In this document: in pieces, positions 47,471 to 61,260 of the stretch
Position numbering within the stretch: the first letter of the stretch is position 1
Layout of the letters: every line of letters starts with the position of its first letter
Assembly: GCA_001600815.1 (NCBI GenBank)
Contig: BCKZ01000028.1
Coordinates: forward strand, 1-64,000
DNA length: 64,000 bases
Reading direction: 5' to 3'
DNA from: Alloascoidea hylecoeti
Lineage: Eukaryota
The notes under the pieces: generated by a model
Database searches by the model: none
What the model was told of the DNA's origin: nothing
Seen by the model: the letters and a program-made list of their open reading frames with translations, nothing else
Translations under genes and position numbers: made by a program

Positions 47471-50400
47471 AATTATATTGACAAATAAAAGAAGGTTACA
47501 ATGCAATACCTAGCAAGATAAGGGGCTATTGTTTTAGCTCATCGCGATTAATAGTGTTATATAACGTATAAATATGTATGTATGCGATTGCCATACATAA
47601 TAATAATATTAATTATAACAATTTCAACGGTTAACATGCACAAAATAGTTGTCAATTATGTTTCAAGCTTATACGCAATTGGGTGTGTACATTCAACAAA
47701 CAAATAGTTGCAATTGAGATATTATAATTCGTTTGTTTTTAGCCATAGATGATATGGTATGATTCTAGTTCCTTATTTATATTCATTGTTAAATTAATAA
47801 TATGTTTATGAGACATATTTCAAATCAGAAACTGGATGTTTTCATTATCATAGAGCGTACTAAACAAGAAATTTAAGTTTTAAGTTCGGCAGCAGAATTT
47901 TCATCATATATCCAATGTTTTTTTATTATACACGGATATCAAGGGAATATGAGACTATTTTTACTACATGTTACGCCAAGTTGGCAGTAATATTGGAAAA
48001 GAACTCCCAGAGAAATAGCCCTCTTCATCGAGGTTATTTACATTTAAGTTATATTATAATCTATTAGATGTTGAAGCTTTAACGTCTAATAAACTCGGGC
48101 ATATGCACTAATGCAGCACTCTACCATGCAATATAGAACAACTATGGTTTTATGGTTAGTTAGCTATTGTTTAAGTAGATAATTATATTGATTAATATCT
48201 TTGAGTGATGTATGTAAGGGTAGTAATACAGTATTAATACCTTATTGTAAGATAACGTTCTGAACTTTTCCTTGATATCCTTTTTTCTAGATCAATTCTG
48301 GATTTCTAATTCTCGAGAAACGTTAGGGTTAAAGTTACAACTTTAATTGAAAGGTAAAGCCATAGCTAATAATTATCGATATCATTACAGCTATCGATAG
48401 TGAGAGCTTATACGTGTAGGATATATGTAACTGAATATATTTAATTGAATTTATTATCATCTCAGATTCATCTGTACTATTCTGTAGGATATTCACTACT
48501 GTAGGAAATAAATGCATAAATATATATATACAGCTGCATAAATTCTAGAAAACAAATTATTGATAATATTAGACGTTCCAGTACATATTAAGCCATTCGT
48601 AATGAAGCAGATAAATTTAAAGACCAGAGATTCTATAAGCCTTATAACTACAATCAATAATATATCAAAGTGCTGTAAAGATAACCGCTGATGTACGAGA
48701 ATCTTTTATAAGTGACTTATCAATAGTTTTAAATATAAATTTTTTGTAGATATCGATCGATGGACCTAAAATTAATGTAGAGTCTCCACGTTAACTGAAC
48801 TCGAGATGACACTAGATATGCATATGCATGAGTATACATGTAGATAGAAACCGACCGAAATGTGTTTGTTTGACCGAATATATATCTAATGTTTAGCAAT
48901 TATAACAATTTATGATACTATTATTGCTTTATAATTACATGCATTTATTTCAATTTTATGAATTAGGTTGATGGAAGTTATTTGACATCCGGGTCCCATA
49001 AGACAATATGTGTATTCAAGATTGGTGCTGTTGCTATTACATTGGGCAATTATATAGTGATTTATATATTTTCTCAAATATTCTTGGTATAAATGTAATC
49101 AAAATAATAAAGCAAAGTACATGTTTATCGCGATAGGCATTAATATTAATATTAATAATTTTTATTACATCTGAGAGGTGCAAAGGTGTGAAGTTTCCTT
49201 ATATGATTTTTAACATAGACCACCATGATTCTGTAACGATTCCAAGTTGGATGCTTGTTATCCGTATTTTTTGAGAAAGCTAGGACCTTCAGAAATCATC
49301 CAAAATAGATTTAGCGATTTAATAGAACTTGTAGTCTTTGGCAGTGACGCTACACATAAGCGAAGAACTTTGCCATTGGGCCGATACTTTTAGACATTAA
49401 CACATATATGTATATATACCGTTTTTAGTTATAATATTTTGACTACATACTCCCCTCCATTGGGTGTATTTTCTCAGGCTCAATAATATGGTATACATAT
49501 GATATATATTAATCAATTTTAAATTAAAATTTAATAGCCATATCTCACTCTAACAGTAAGTTATGCTAGCCGCGAGTGTTCTATCAACCAGTTAAGAAAA
49601 GCATCTTAAAATTTCATGCCCCGAGAAACTGAACTTTTCGAAAGACCCAGAACCATACGGCTTATTACAAAACCAAAAAAGGTGCCCAGAAACTGAGAAA
49701 GTATGATTCAAATTTTAGAAGACGCAGTTGGCAGCACACTTGCGGTTGGTACCATGGTAAATAACTCCATAGTTTTATCCTTGATTGTAATTAGCCAGAA
49801 GTATATTGAGTGACTTCTGGTAAAAGTGCATTAATTGTACATTCTATAAAAAATCAACAGATTTAAGAGCTGGGCCTAATTGTAATTAATTATAATCAAA
49901 AAAGTAGGTGATTATTAACTGCAGCATTATAAACATTTTGCCCTTAATATGAACTTAATATCAATTGAAACATAATAAAATATATTTAAATTCAGTAGAT
50001 TAATTATATTAATAGATTTCAATACATTTAATATTAAATATTATAATGCATTGTATTTGATACCAAAAAATGTAGAATAGAATTTATGCCACTAAATATA
50101 TATATAAGCCAACCAAAACACTTAAATCTTAGATAATAATTATATATCAATATTAATGCTATGACTTTTATATATGCAAATTTTCGGATTTTGATGATTA
50201 ACTAAAAACAAAATTGCAGTTAAAATTCTGCGAGTCTAGAATCTCAGGCAAATGTAATATATTTTATAGTTATATATGATGATATGATGAATAAATATTT
50301 TTAATGCAAAAGTATTAAGAATTTTATGATGATAGTTATAAACTAATAATAATTAAAACAGAAAAACACATATATTTTCAATTTTTTTTTAATTTAATTT

Positions 50401-50788
50401 TTTGTATTTCGGCAGTTGTCATAAGGTTTCAAACACATTTATATATAATTTTTAAAGAAAAAATGAAATGCCAAGTTGCAATTTCTTTTTTAAGTTAATT
50501 TAATAAATAAATTTAAATATTTGAATAATATAGATCACTTTAAACTAATATTAATGTATAGTTTCATTTAAGTATGATATTAATATTTTATTAACAATGT
50601 ATACAAGGTATTTTCACTTCTGATCAACAAGATCTCTCCTACGAATGTTTTTATTATACATTTAATTAAAATCTTTCGAATCCTATAAATACATAATTAA
50701 TTATGTTATGAGGTATAAGGCTTACACGTATAAATATCGGTTTATAATTATTATTTATATTAAAGTGTTTCCCCTTGAGCTTGTCGAT

Positions 50789-52318
50789 ATGCATCATAAA
50801 AAAACAATAGATATAAAAGAAGAAGAAAGTACCAAAGTTAACAACAATAGTATTGATCATAACCATAAAGACAAAATGATAATGAATAGTCCTATATCTA
50901 GAGAAATGAGTCATCATCGGAATATTGATAATGAAAAGATTCCGAATTCAAACTCGTTACCATCATTTAGTTCCTTGTTAAAAAATTTACGAAATTCAAA
51001 TGAAATTTATACTAAGCGAGATAATAATGATAAAAGGAATGATCAGCAACCAATCTTGGCTTCTTCAAACTTACCCATAAAAACAGAATTTCGAAATAGC
51101 AATTTTCAATATCAGAGTAATTCACCTATAGCTATACATCCCAAATCTCAATATCAGTTACCTCAGCTTCAATTACCTTTACCTAGAACATCACCTTCGC
51201 AAATACAACCGCAAAACACTAATGATAACTCACAATCTTATATTAGGGTACTAAATCATGAAACATCACCTGTAAATATACGTCCAGCACCATTGGTATC
51301 AAATTCAGTGACCAGCTCCTATACTTACTTAATCGATGATAATGAAATAATAACCAATAAATATATTGATCCATATAACCTTTCAAAATTACAACCTGAC
51401 TATATTTCAACAGCTCCTGGTAGTGTAAATGATATAACAACAAGATGTTGGTTTCATTATTGTCTAAGGAATTTCGAACTCAATACTGGCGATTACTTTA
51501 ATTCAATCCAGGAAGCTAAATATGGAATGTGGTTATACTTTACGGCTAAACAAGGGATTTTCTTAAGACAGACTAGATCAAGAGGTATAAGGGATCAAAA
51601 ACAGGAAGAAATTTTATTAAACAATTACAATAATAATAAATATATTGATATTGGTAATGATAATTATATGACCGAACAAAAACATCAACAGTATTCAATA
51701 TCAATTTCAAGAGATCAATCACAATCAGCAAGTTTTTCATACAGTTGTAAAAATTGTAAGAAGCCAATGTTTGTTGCAAAAAAGAAAGTTAGTAGAAGTT
51801 ATAACGATGGAGTTAATAATAATGCACCAATTGGAGTTTGGGTAATTAGAACAATTGCTTTTCATCCACATAATGAATGTATGGAATTGACAAATTTTAA
51901 TACATCATCACCATTAGCTGCTACAACTTCAAGTTTACATGGTCCACAAAGTCCACATGGAATAAGTAGTCCACAAAGTGTGAGTTCAGAATGGAATAAT
52001 ACTACATCACTCTCAGACGTTAAATTAAACTGTCCTCATACTCTTGATCTAATAAAAACGATTAAAAATCGAGTTTCTTCAAGATCAGGAGATATTGTAA
52101 AAGAAGCAGTTTATATTCTACAAGATATTCACTTTGGAAAAGTTTATGATGAAACGAGAGGTATCCTTTCTTCATTGAATAAATCAAATTTAAATAATAA
52201 TATGAATATATTTATTGAAATTGATTCAAACCAATCAAGGGCCGAAATATCATATATTAAGAAAAGGCAAGAATTAATGACACGAATGGTTAAAAGAAGA
52301 GTAAGAGTCGTGAGGTGA
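50789..52318 (+). CDS. Putative transcription factor with a MULE-transposase-derived (FAR1/MuDR, WRKY-GCM1 fold) zinc finger
   Basis: LNTGDYFNSIQEAK..YFTAKQGIFLRQTRS..YSCKNC..WVIRTI..HPHNEC, plus N-terminal SLPSFSSLL and a Q/P-rich region. Upstream in-frame ATG at 50708. Confidence 0.65.
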   Translation: MHHKKTIDIKEEESTKVNNNSIDHNHKDKMIMNSPISREMSHHRNIDNEKIPNSNSLPSFSSLLKNLRNSNEIYTKRDNNDKRNDQQPILASSNLPIKTEFRNSNFQYQSNSPIAIHPKSQYQLPQLQLPLPRTSPSQIQPQNTNDNSQSYIRVLNHETSPVNIRPAPLVSNSVTSSYTYLIDDNEIITNKYIDPYNLSKLQPDYISTAPGSVNDITTRCWFHYCLRNFELNTGDYFNSIQEAKYGMWLYFTAKQGIFLRQTRSRGIRDQKQEEILLNNYNNNKYIDIGNDNYMTEQKHQQYSISISRDQSQSASFSYSCKNCKKPMFVAKKKVSRSYNDGVNNNAPIGVWVIRTIAFHPHNECMELTNFNTSSPLAATTSSLHGPQSPHGISSPQSVSSEWNNTTSLSDVKLNCPHTLDLIKTIKNRVSSRSGDIVKEAVYILQDIHFGKVYDETRGILSSLNKSNLNNNMNIFIEIDSNQSRAEISYIKKRQELMTRMVKRRVRVVR

Positions 52319-53609
52319 TTTTGATCAGGAACGATATATATTTTTTTCCTCGCATTTATAATTTCCACGTATACCTTTAAGGTTTTATGAACAAATTTAA
52401 CTTATATAATAATTTAAGTTATTTATAAGGTTCCTTTATTTAAGGAATCAATGCCCGTAATAATGAAGATAAGGTTAATCTAAAATGAAATTTAATATAC
52501 CACAAATCTAAGACATTTTAATAAACAAGCTTTTGTAAAAAATGGTAATATGAAAATTTTGGTCTTCGAACCTAAATTTTGGTAAGTTTTATGATTAACG
52601 GGGTAATAAACCCCTATAATGGCCGGGCCAATAATAGAATTAGCTCAATTGCATGCATATGTATATTGGGGAAGTGATTTATTTTAGGATAAATATCGAT
52701 TTTCTAATTGATAGAGATGATAGTAATTATAATACTGCAAACTATGTGTTATTATATTATGATGTTATAATTTGATATTATATATGTTATGATATTATAG
52801 TTTGATATATTGATTTGTTTTAATTATATATAAATTGAGATATAGCTCAAAGTAAGGTAAAACCGAACTAATCCCAACAAAAACTGGAAAAGGAAGTTGC
52901 TATGGAAGATCCTAAAGATTATAAAAAATTGTTTATTGTTATAGCTTCAATTAATCAATTACGCTATATTCGTATGTATATGGGATTAATTTGAGCGCAT
53001 ATTTATTCAAAATAAAGTATTAAAAAATGGACAAATGAAAATATTCACTCAAAAATCTACATAGTTAACGTTTTAAGTATGGCTAGTATGGTTTCAAATA
53101 AAGAATATGTCAAGCCTCTTAAATTATGAGCCGTATGTGACATCATTTTTTCTTTTGGAGGAACTTATGGAGTTTGCATATGTGCATATGATTAACTTGC
53201 ATAAAGGTTATCATCAAATAAAACAAATCCTAAGAAAGTGAAATACGGAAAAACTTATGATGATGATATTTCTGCCCTTAAGTGGTTCAAGGAGTGAGTC
53301 GACTAAAAAGTGACATAGTTATTTTCTTGAGGGATTTTTCGATATAGTATTCAGACCATGCATCGGGGTACATTATCTCTGGCATTGAAATCAGGGCCAA
53401 ATAAATAAATAAGGTATTTAAGATTTTAAAAATATGGGGATATCAAAAATACCGCGCGCGAGGCTATACCTATAGGTTACCTATAGATAATTTCAATTTC
53501 AATTTCAATTTCAAGTGTATCAAGTTAATGTTATAACCCATTTATAAAATAAGATATATAAAAAGATGCAAAAAAACCCCGATTTTATTCTGAACTTTTT
53601 TTACTTACA

Positions 53610-55961
53610 ATGTCAACCCCATCTAATCATGATTTTGAGCAATCGCATATAACAGAAGCCCATACTGACATCAATGATATTGAAAGGTCAGTATCAAATC
53701 AAACTTTACCAGAATCAATAACTTCAAAAGAATATGACGATTCAATCAAGGGACGTGACTATAAAAACAAAATCCCAATCAAAACATCTCTTTGGTTAGC
53801 TTTTCAAGCCCTAGGTTCTGTTTATGGTGATATCGGTACAAGTCCTCTTTATGCCTATTCTTCAATTTTTGATTTCGATAAAGAACCTAATACTGCTGAC
53901 CTTTATGGTGGATTATCTTTAATCTTTTGGACCATTACTTTGACTGCTTTGATTAAATATGTTTTCATCGTTGTTAGATATGGTGGGAATAATGGTGAGG
54001 GTGGTATTATTGCCTTATACTGTAAAGTTGCGAGGGTTTTAAATATTGGTCAAAAAGGTATTATCTTACCTGGTGAGAATGAAACTGATGATTTATTATT
54101 ACTGAAAAGAAATAGAACAAGTGGTTCTTTTCAACATGGCAAAAAAGCAAAACTTAACAAATTTAGTGGTCATCAAGAATGGGTTAGATGGGGAATGATT
54201 GTGCTTATTTGTCTTGCTTGTGGATTGGTTATATCAGATGGTTTATTAACACCAACAACTTCAGTACTAAGTGCTATTGAAGGTATTAAAGGTCCTGTTC
54301 CTCATTTAGAACAATGGGCTTGTACTGGTATTAGTATTGCAATTATCTTTTTGTTATTTATTGTACAATCATGGGGTTCTGCAAAATTATCAATTTTCTT
54401 TTCTCCAATTTTAATGCTTTGGTTTATTGCAATTTTCATTATTGGTGTTAGAAATATTACTTATCATCCAGGTATTTTCAGAGCGTTAAGTCCTAAATAT
54501 GCAGTATCGTTTTTACATGATCATGGAATTTGGACAATTGGGGGTGCAATGTTAGCAATTACAGGTTGTGAAGCAATGTTTTCAGATTTAGGTCATTTTA
54601 ATGCAAATTCAATTCAAATTTCATTTTCTTTGGTTGTTTATCCATCTTTAATTATCACTTATTTAGGTCAAGGAGCTTATGCAGTTTCACATCCAGGTTC
54701 ATATTCAAATATTTTTTATGCTTCAATACCTGGTTCAACAAACGGTCCAATTTATTGGATTGTTTTTGTAATTGCAACTTTAGCAACTATTATTGCCTCT
54801 CAAGCTTTAATATTAGGTGTTTCTGCAATTTTAAGACAATTAATTGCATTGGATTGTTTTCCAAAAATTAAAATTGTTCACGTTTCTGAAAAAGTCTTTG
54901 GTAAAATTTATATACCATTTATTAATTACTTATTAATGATTGGTGTCATACTTACAATTGTTGGATTTAGAAGAAGTGCAAATGTTACTGCTGCTTATGG
55001 ATTAGCAGTTTCATTAGATTTATTTATAAATACATGTTTTACAGCATTAACCTTATATTATCATTATGAATTATATTGGTTAATACCATTAACATTTTTC
55101 ATTTTATCTGGATCTTTAGAAATGACTTATGTTATTTCTGGTTTCAAAAAAGTACCAAAAGGTGCTTGGTTCCCTTTAGTTACTGGTATTATTTGTGGAT
55201 CATTCTTTTTTTACTGGAGATATTGTAGGTCTTTAAAAGTTGATTACGAATTTTCTCACAGAGTTAAAATTGGTGACGTTTTTAATATTGAAAAGGATAA
55301 ATCAATAAAGAGAGATTTAGAAGGTGAGGTTTTAGATCTTGGTCAAGGAAAACCAAAAATTGAAATTACAACAACTACAACCAATACTAGTAATAATAGT
55401 AAAACAGATATTTTAAGAATTCCTGGTATTAGTATTGTTTTCACAAATGCTTTAATGAATTTAAATTCACCAAATACAATTCCAGATTTTTATGCTAGAT
55501 TTGTTAAATCATTTGATGTTGCACAAGAAAATGTTATATTATTAAGTATACATAGAAGAATCCAACCATTTGTTGAAGAAGAAGATCGATTTTGTATTCA
55601 AAAAATTAGTGGTATAAATGGATTTTGGAGAATTGTTGTTCAATATGGTTTCATGGATGAAGTTAAAATTGATGAAAATTTCATAAGATCATTAGCTTCA
55701 ATGATAATTGATACATCAGATATTATTGATGGTGATATTAATAAGATTTATAACAATATTAATATCTTTTATGGAAGACAAATTATTAAAAGTAAAAAAA
55801 TAAATTTAAAAGGTTTTGGGAAATTAAGACAACCTTTTAGAAAATATTTTATAGAAACAATTTTTGGTAGAATTGATTCAATTTTTCAAGGTATTGAAAC
55901 TTTGGGTACCTTTGAAACTGAAAGAGATTATGTTGCTATTAATAGTAGTATTGAGATTTAA
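53610..55961 (+). CDS. HAK1: High-affinity K+ transporter (KUP/HAK/KT family)
   Basis: LGSVYGDIGTSPLYA, NGEGGIIALY, DGLLTP..SVLSAIEG, TGCEAMFSDLGHF, GKIYIP, AAYGLAV. Confidence 0.95.
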   Translation: MSTPSNHDFEQSHITEAHTDINDIERSVSNQTLPESITSKEYDDSIKGRDYKNKIPIKTSLWLAFQALGSVYGDIGTSPLYAYSSIFDFDKEPNTADLYGGLSLIFWTITLTALIKYVFIVVRYGGNNGEGGIIALYCKVARVLNIGQKGIILPGENETDDLLLLKRNRTSGSFQHGKKAKLNKFSGHQEWVRWGMIVLICLACGLVISDGLLTPTTSVLSAIEGIKGPVPHLEQWACTGISIAIIFLLFIVQSWGSAKLSIFFSPILMLWFIAIFIIGVRNITYHPGIFRALSPKYAVSFLHDHGIWTIGGAMLAITGCEAMFSDLGHFNANSIQISFSLVVYPSLIITYLGQGAYAVSHPGSYSNIFYASIPGSTNGPIYWIVFVIATLATIIASQALILGVSAILRQLIALDCFPKIKIVHVSEKVFGKIYIPFINYLLMIGVILTIVGFRRSANVTAAYGLAVSLDLFINTCFTALTLYYHYELYWLIPLTFFILSGSLEMTYVISGFKKVPKGAWFPLVTGIICGSFFFYWRYCRSLKVDYEFSHRVKIGDVFNIEKDKSIKRDLEGEVLDLGQGKPKIEITTTTTNTSNNSKTDILRIPGISIVFTNALMNLNSPNTIPDFYARFVKSFDVAQENVILLSIHRRIQPFVEEEDRFCIQKISGINGFWRIVVQYGFMDEVKIDENFIRSLASMIIDTSDIIDGDINKIYNNINIFYGRQIIKSKKINLKGFGKLRQPFRKYFIETIFGRIDSIFQGIETLGTFETERDYVAINSSIEI

Positions 55962-56427
55962 ATTTAATCTTAAATTGTTTTTTAGTTTAATTTAGTAAAT
56001 AAGTTAAATATAATGATATGATATAAATCGCAAAGGAGTAGTACATATAAACGGTAGCTTAGTAGTATTATATAATGGTCCATTTGAGGCATTTAATGGA
56101 CACCTGTTTATCCGGGTAAATTTATAATTCCAAGGCATGTTCCCCGAATTTTTCATTTTTTTCACATTTTCATCATTTTGAATAGGATAATAAGTATGTT
56201 ATTTAATGAATTTTAATCCTTTTAATCCTTCTAATCCTTGAAAATTGAAATATTTTAATATTGAAAGAAATATCGAAAGAAAATTTGCATGAAATGTTGA
56301 AAATTTGAAGTTTTGAAGTTAATTATGTGTAATTATGCAAACAATTAACAACTTACACCTCCGTTTCTTTTTGATTATTCACCCTAAAGAACAACATTAT
56401 CATCTGAACAACACAAATATATAAATA

Positions 56428-57430
<1,003 letters not shown>

Positions 57431-57643
57431 ATAAAGTATTCATAATTTTATATAATAATAATATTGGCATATAAAATAATGAAATATTACTTATAATAAC
57501 TTCTTATAATACGTAATACGGAATGTCACAGTAGTAGTTACAACACTTCGCCCATTTGTAGCAATCGAAACCCTTTTTAATTTATCATTTACTCTATTTT
57601 TTCACTTCTCTGTCAAAATCATTTATATTCTTATGTTAATAAG

Positions 57644-60222
57644 ATGATAAAGGGGACAGACCTTATTTCAAGGTCTTTATCAAGAGCAAATAAAGTGTTT
57701 TTGAATCCAAATTCAATTCCAATTGATGGCATCTCCGGAATATGTCATAATCAAAATATAAAGCAATCTTTATCTTTGATCCAGCAATCTCAATCTCAAC
57801 AGATTTGTAAAAAATATCATAATTATAAAGGTCATAATTATAACGGATTGTTATTGAATAACAATCATTGTCAACAACAGACTTTAAGAAACAGGAATTT
57901 CAGTAATAGTAACGAAAAGGGTTCAAAGATATCTTCGTTACTGGACAACAACAAGCATGAAATTTCAAATCAAAATGACAATATAAAATTTGATAATCAA
58001 TTGAATACTATATCAGAATCAAGTCATTATTATAATTATCATGATGGTAGATCTAATATGAATATTTGGACCGGAATATTGGGCTTATCATTAGCTGTAT
58101 TTGGAGTACTCGGTTATAACAATCATACTAAAATTCCAATAGTGAATGAATCAATTGAAGTGGCAACACAAACTAATGAAGATTCAAGTTCAAAGAAAAA
58201 ATCAGAGAATGACGATAAAATTAAAATAAATGTTGATAATAAATTAGTTGAAAATGAAGATCAATCAACATTAGAAGATGGATTATTAGTAGCTTCAAGA
58301 AATGAATTAGAAGAAGATTCAAAAAAAAAGGATCAACTTGAAAACAAAAAGGGTATAAAATCATTCCCATTAAAGACTTTAATTTTCGTTAATGAATATT
58401 TCATTGAACCATTAATTACATGTGGCAGATTCATTCAATTATCATTAATTTTTATACCAGTATTATTATCTTATCCAATTGTTTGGTTAGGTTCAATACA
58501 AAGAGATAAAAGTCATGAAAGATCAGGATCATTATTATGGTATAAATATTTAACATTTTCAATGGAATTAGCAGGTGCATCATTTATAAAACTTGGTCAA
58601 TGGGCAGCTTCAAGAACTGATATTTTCCCAAGAGAATTTTGTAATCAATTATCAAAATTACATTCAAATGGTAAACCACATAGTTTACATCAAACGAAAA
58701 AAATTATTAGAAAATCTTTTGGTGGTCTTGAATTTAATGAAATTTTTGAAGAATTTAATGAAATTCCAATTGGTGTTGGTGCAATTGCTCAAGTTTATAG
58801 TGCTAAATTAAATAGTGCTTTAGTACCACAAGTTGATTCAGAAACAAATAATCATCCAAAGCATGGTCATAAAAAGTTATCTTTATCATATTCACGTAAG
58901 AAAAAAACAAAAAAGCCAACTTCTTGGGTAGCTATAAAAGTTTTACATCCACATGTCGAAAAAACTGTTAATCGGGATCTTAAAATTATGTATTATTTTG
59001 CAAAAATTATTGATTATATTCCAACAATGGAATGGTTATCATTACCAGATGAAGTTGAACAATTTGGTAAAATGATGAGATTACAATTAGATCTTCGAAT
59101 TGAAGGTAAAAATTTAGAAGTTTTCAGATCAAATTTTGATAATAGAGAAGATATTAAATTTCCAATGCCTTACTTAGATTATACATCAAGAAATGTATTA
59201 GTTGAAGAAAAAATTCATGCAATTCCAGTTTCAACATTTTTAAAACTATGTAGTAAAGGAAATTTAAAAGGTCAAGGTTTTGCAAAAGAAATTAGTGACA
59301 AAGGTTTAGATTCTTTTTTACAAATGTTATTACTTGATAATTTTATTCATGCTGATTTACATCCTGGAAATATCTTTATACGTTTGTATAGACAAGATAG
59401 ACATATTCTTCATAATTTATTAAATGATACAGAAGATGATGTTACAAGAGAAGAAATCAATAGAGTTACTGATGATTTATTAAACATTCAAGATAATAAT
59501 AAATTGGAAAAAGAATTAAAAAGATTATATGATGAAAATTATCATGCTCAGATTTGTTATATTGATACAGGGCTTGTTACTGAACTTAATGCTGTTGATC
59601 GAGTCAATTTTATTGATCTTTTCAGAGCATTATCTGAATTTAATGGTTATAGAGCTGGTGAATTAATGGTTGAAAGATCAAAAACTCCATATACTGTAAT
59701 TGACGAAGAATTATTTGCATTAAAAGTTGATAAACTAGTAACAAAAATCAAAAATCGAACATTTGCTTTAGGCAATGTTAGTATTGGAGATTTATTGGAT
59801 CAAGTTTTAGGACTTGTTAGAAAGCATCATGTTAGAATGGAAGGCGATTTCATAACGGTAATTGTTGCAATATTATTACTTGAAGGAATAGGAAGGCAAT
59901 TAAATCCAGATCTTGATTTATTCTACAGGTATGGTATTATATTTATGTTGTTTTTTTACATTTATTAACGGGTATGAATTATAGTGCTCTTCCAATATTA
60001 CGTCAATTGGGCGTTCAAGATGGAAATAAAATCTTGAAGAATATGAATACAGCATCAATGATAAAAGTTTGGTTGGGTCTTGAAATAAGACAATTTATTC
60101 ATGCTTCAATTGAAGATGTAAGTATCTCACTGGTTTCAAAACTCAAAAATGAACTTTACTAACAATAATTTTTTCAGATACATAATCTTGTTAAATACGA
60201 TGGGATATGTCCTAATTACTAA
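57644..60222 (+). CDS. CQD1: Mitochondrial ABC1/UbiB atypical kinase (YPL109C/Cqd1-like); introns at about 59929-59984 and 60118-60177
   Basis: FIKLGQWAASRTDIF, GVGAIAQVY, VAIKVLHP, HADLHPGN, spliced end KYDGICPNY*. Confidence 0.85.
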
Positions 60223-61260
60223 CCATAAACTCTAAGTTTTATCATGATATTAGTTCCAATTATAGTCACACGCTATTAGGATCTTTGGATGCATGATATA
60301 AACTGCGAAGATTAGATTTATTATGATATAGAAGTTATAATAGAACCAGTTATTTTATAAATGCATGTGATATACAATTCCCTATATTATCTGGAGATTG
60401 ATTAATTAGCCTGGTTGGTTCCATTTTAACATCAATCATCATCTTGATTATCTTTAACCGACACAATTATCACCTTTATTTCTGAATAATTTCCTGTAGC
60501 TACAGCTGTTATGAGAGCTTCTAAGTTTATTTTTAATTCTAAAGATTGTATTATGCTCAATCATTATAAGTTGGCACAATTGATTTCTTTTTATTAAATA
60601 TGTTTATGTGGTTCGAAACGGGATCTTCTTGGGCATCTTTTTCCAAAGGGCTTTTCTTTTAAACTTTCATATATTTTCCAATTAAATTATATAACTAGAA
60701 ACTATATAAATTCGGAGGAAATCTCTACTACGTATGTATATATATACACAATTCAACCAACGTCTCCTTTTTAACCTTACTATCCTTCCATTCCACTTTA
60801 CTAGCGCTTTTTTCATCATCTCCTCCCTCTTAACCAACATCAATCACTGCTCAAGAATTTCAGTCGTCTACGTTTATCATTAATTAAGTTGATCATGACA
60901 TTTGCAATATAAATTCAACTGTTTGTGTAATTTTATGTGAAGGCATATATTAATACTAAAAACCAATTGTCAATCTACCAAAATGATTCTTGGAAGGTAG
61001 TTTATTGAACAAAGATTAAGTAATAAGTTGCAAAACATTCATATAAAGCACTATACCCTCATTGTGCAAATTTTATTTCAAAAATCCATTTGATATCCAA
61101 CTAAATTATATTTATTGAATCAGAATAATACCCAACCATTTGCCCATTTGATTGGATCACGCCATGATTATTATAATTTTTTTCATCATATTGATAGTTA
61201 TCAAAAACAGCGGGATCTGTTATAGTTTTCCGATAGGTTAAGGTACTAATAGTCTATGAA

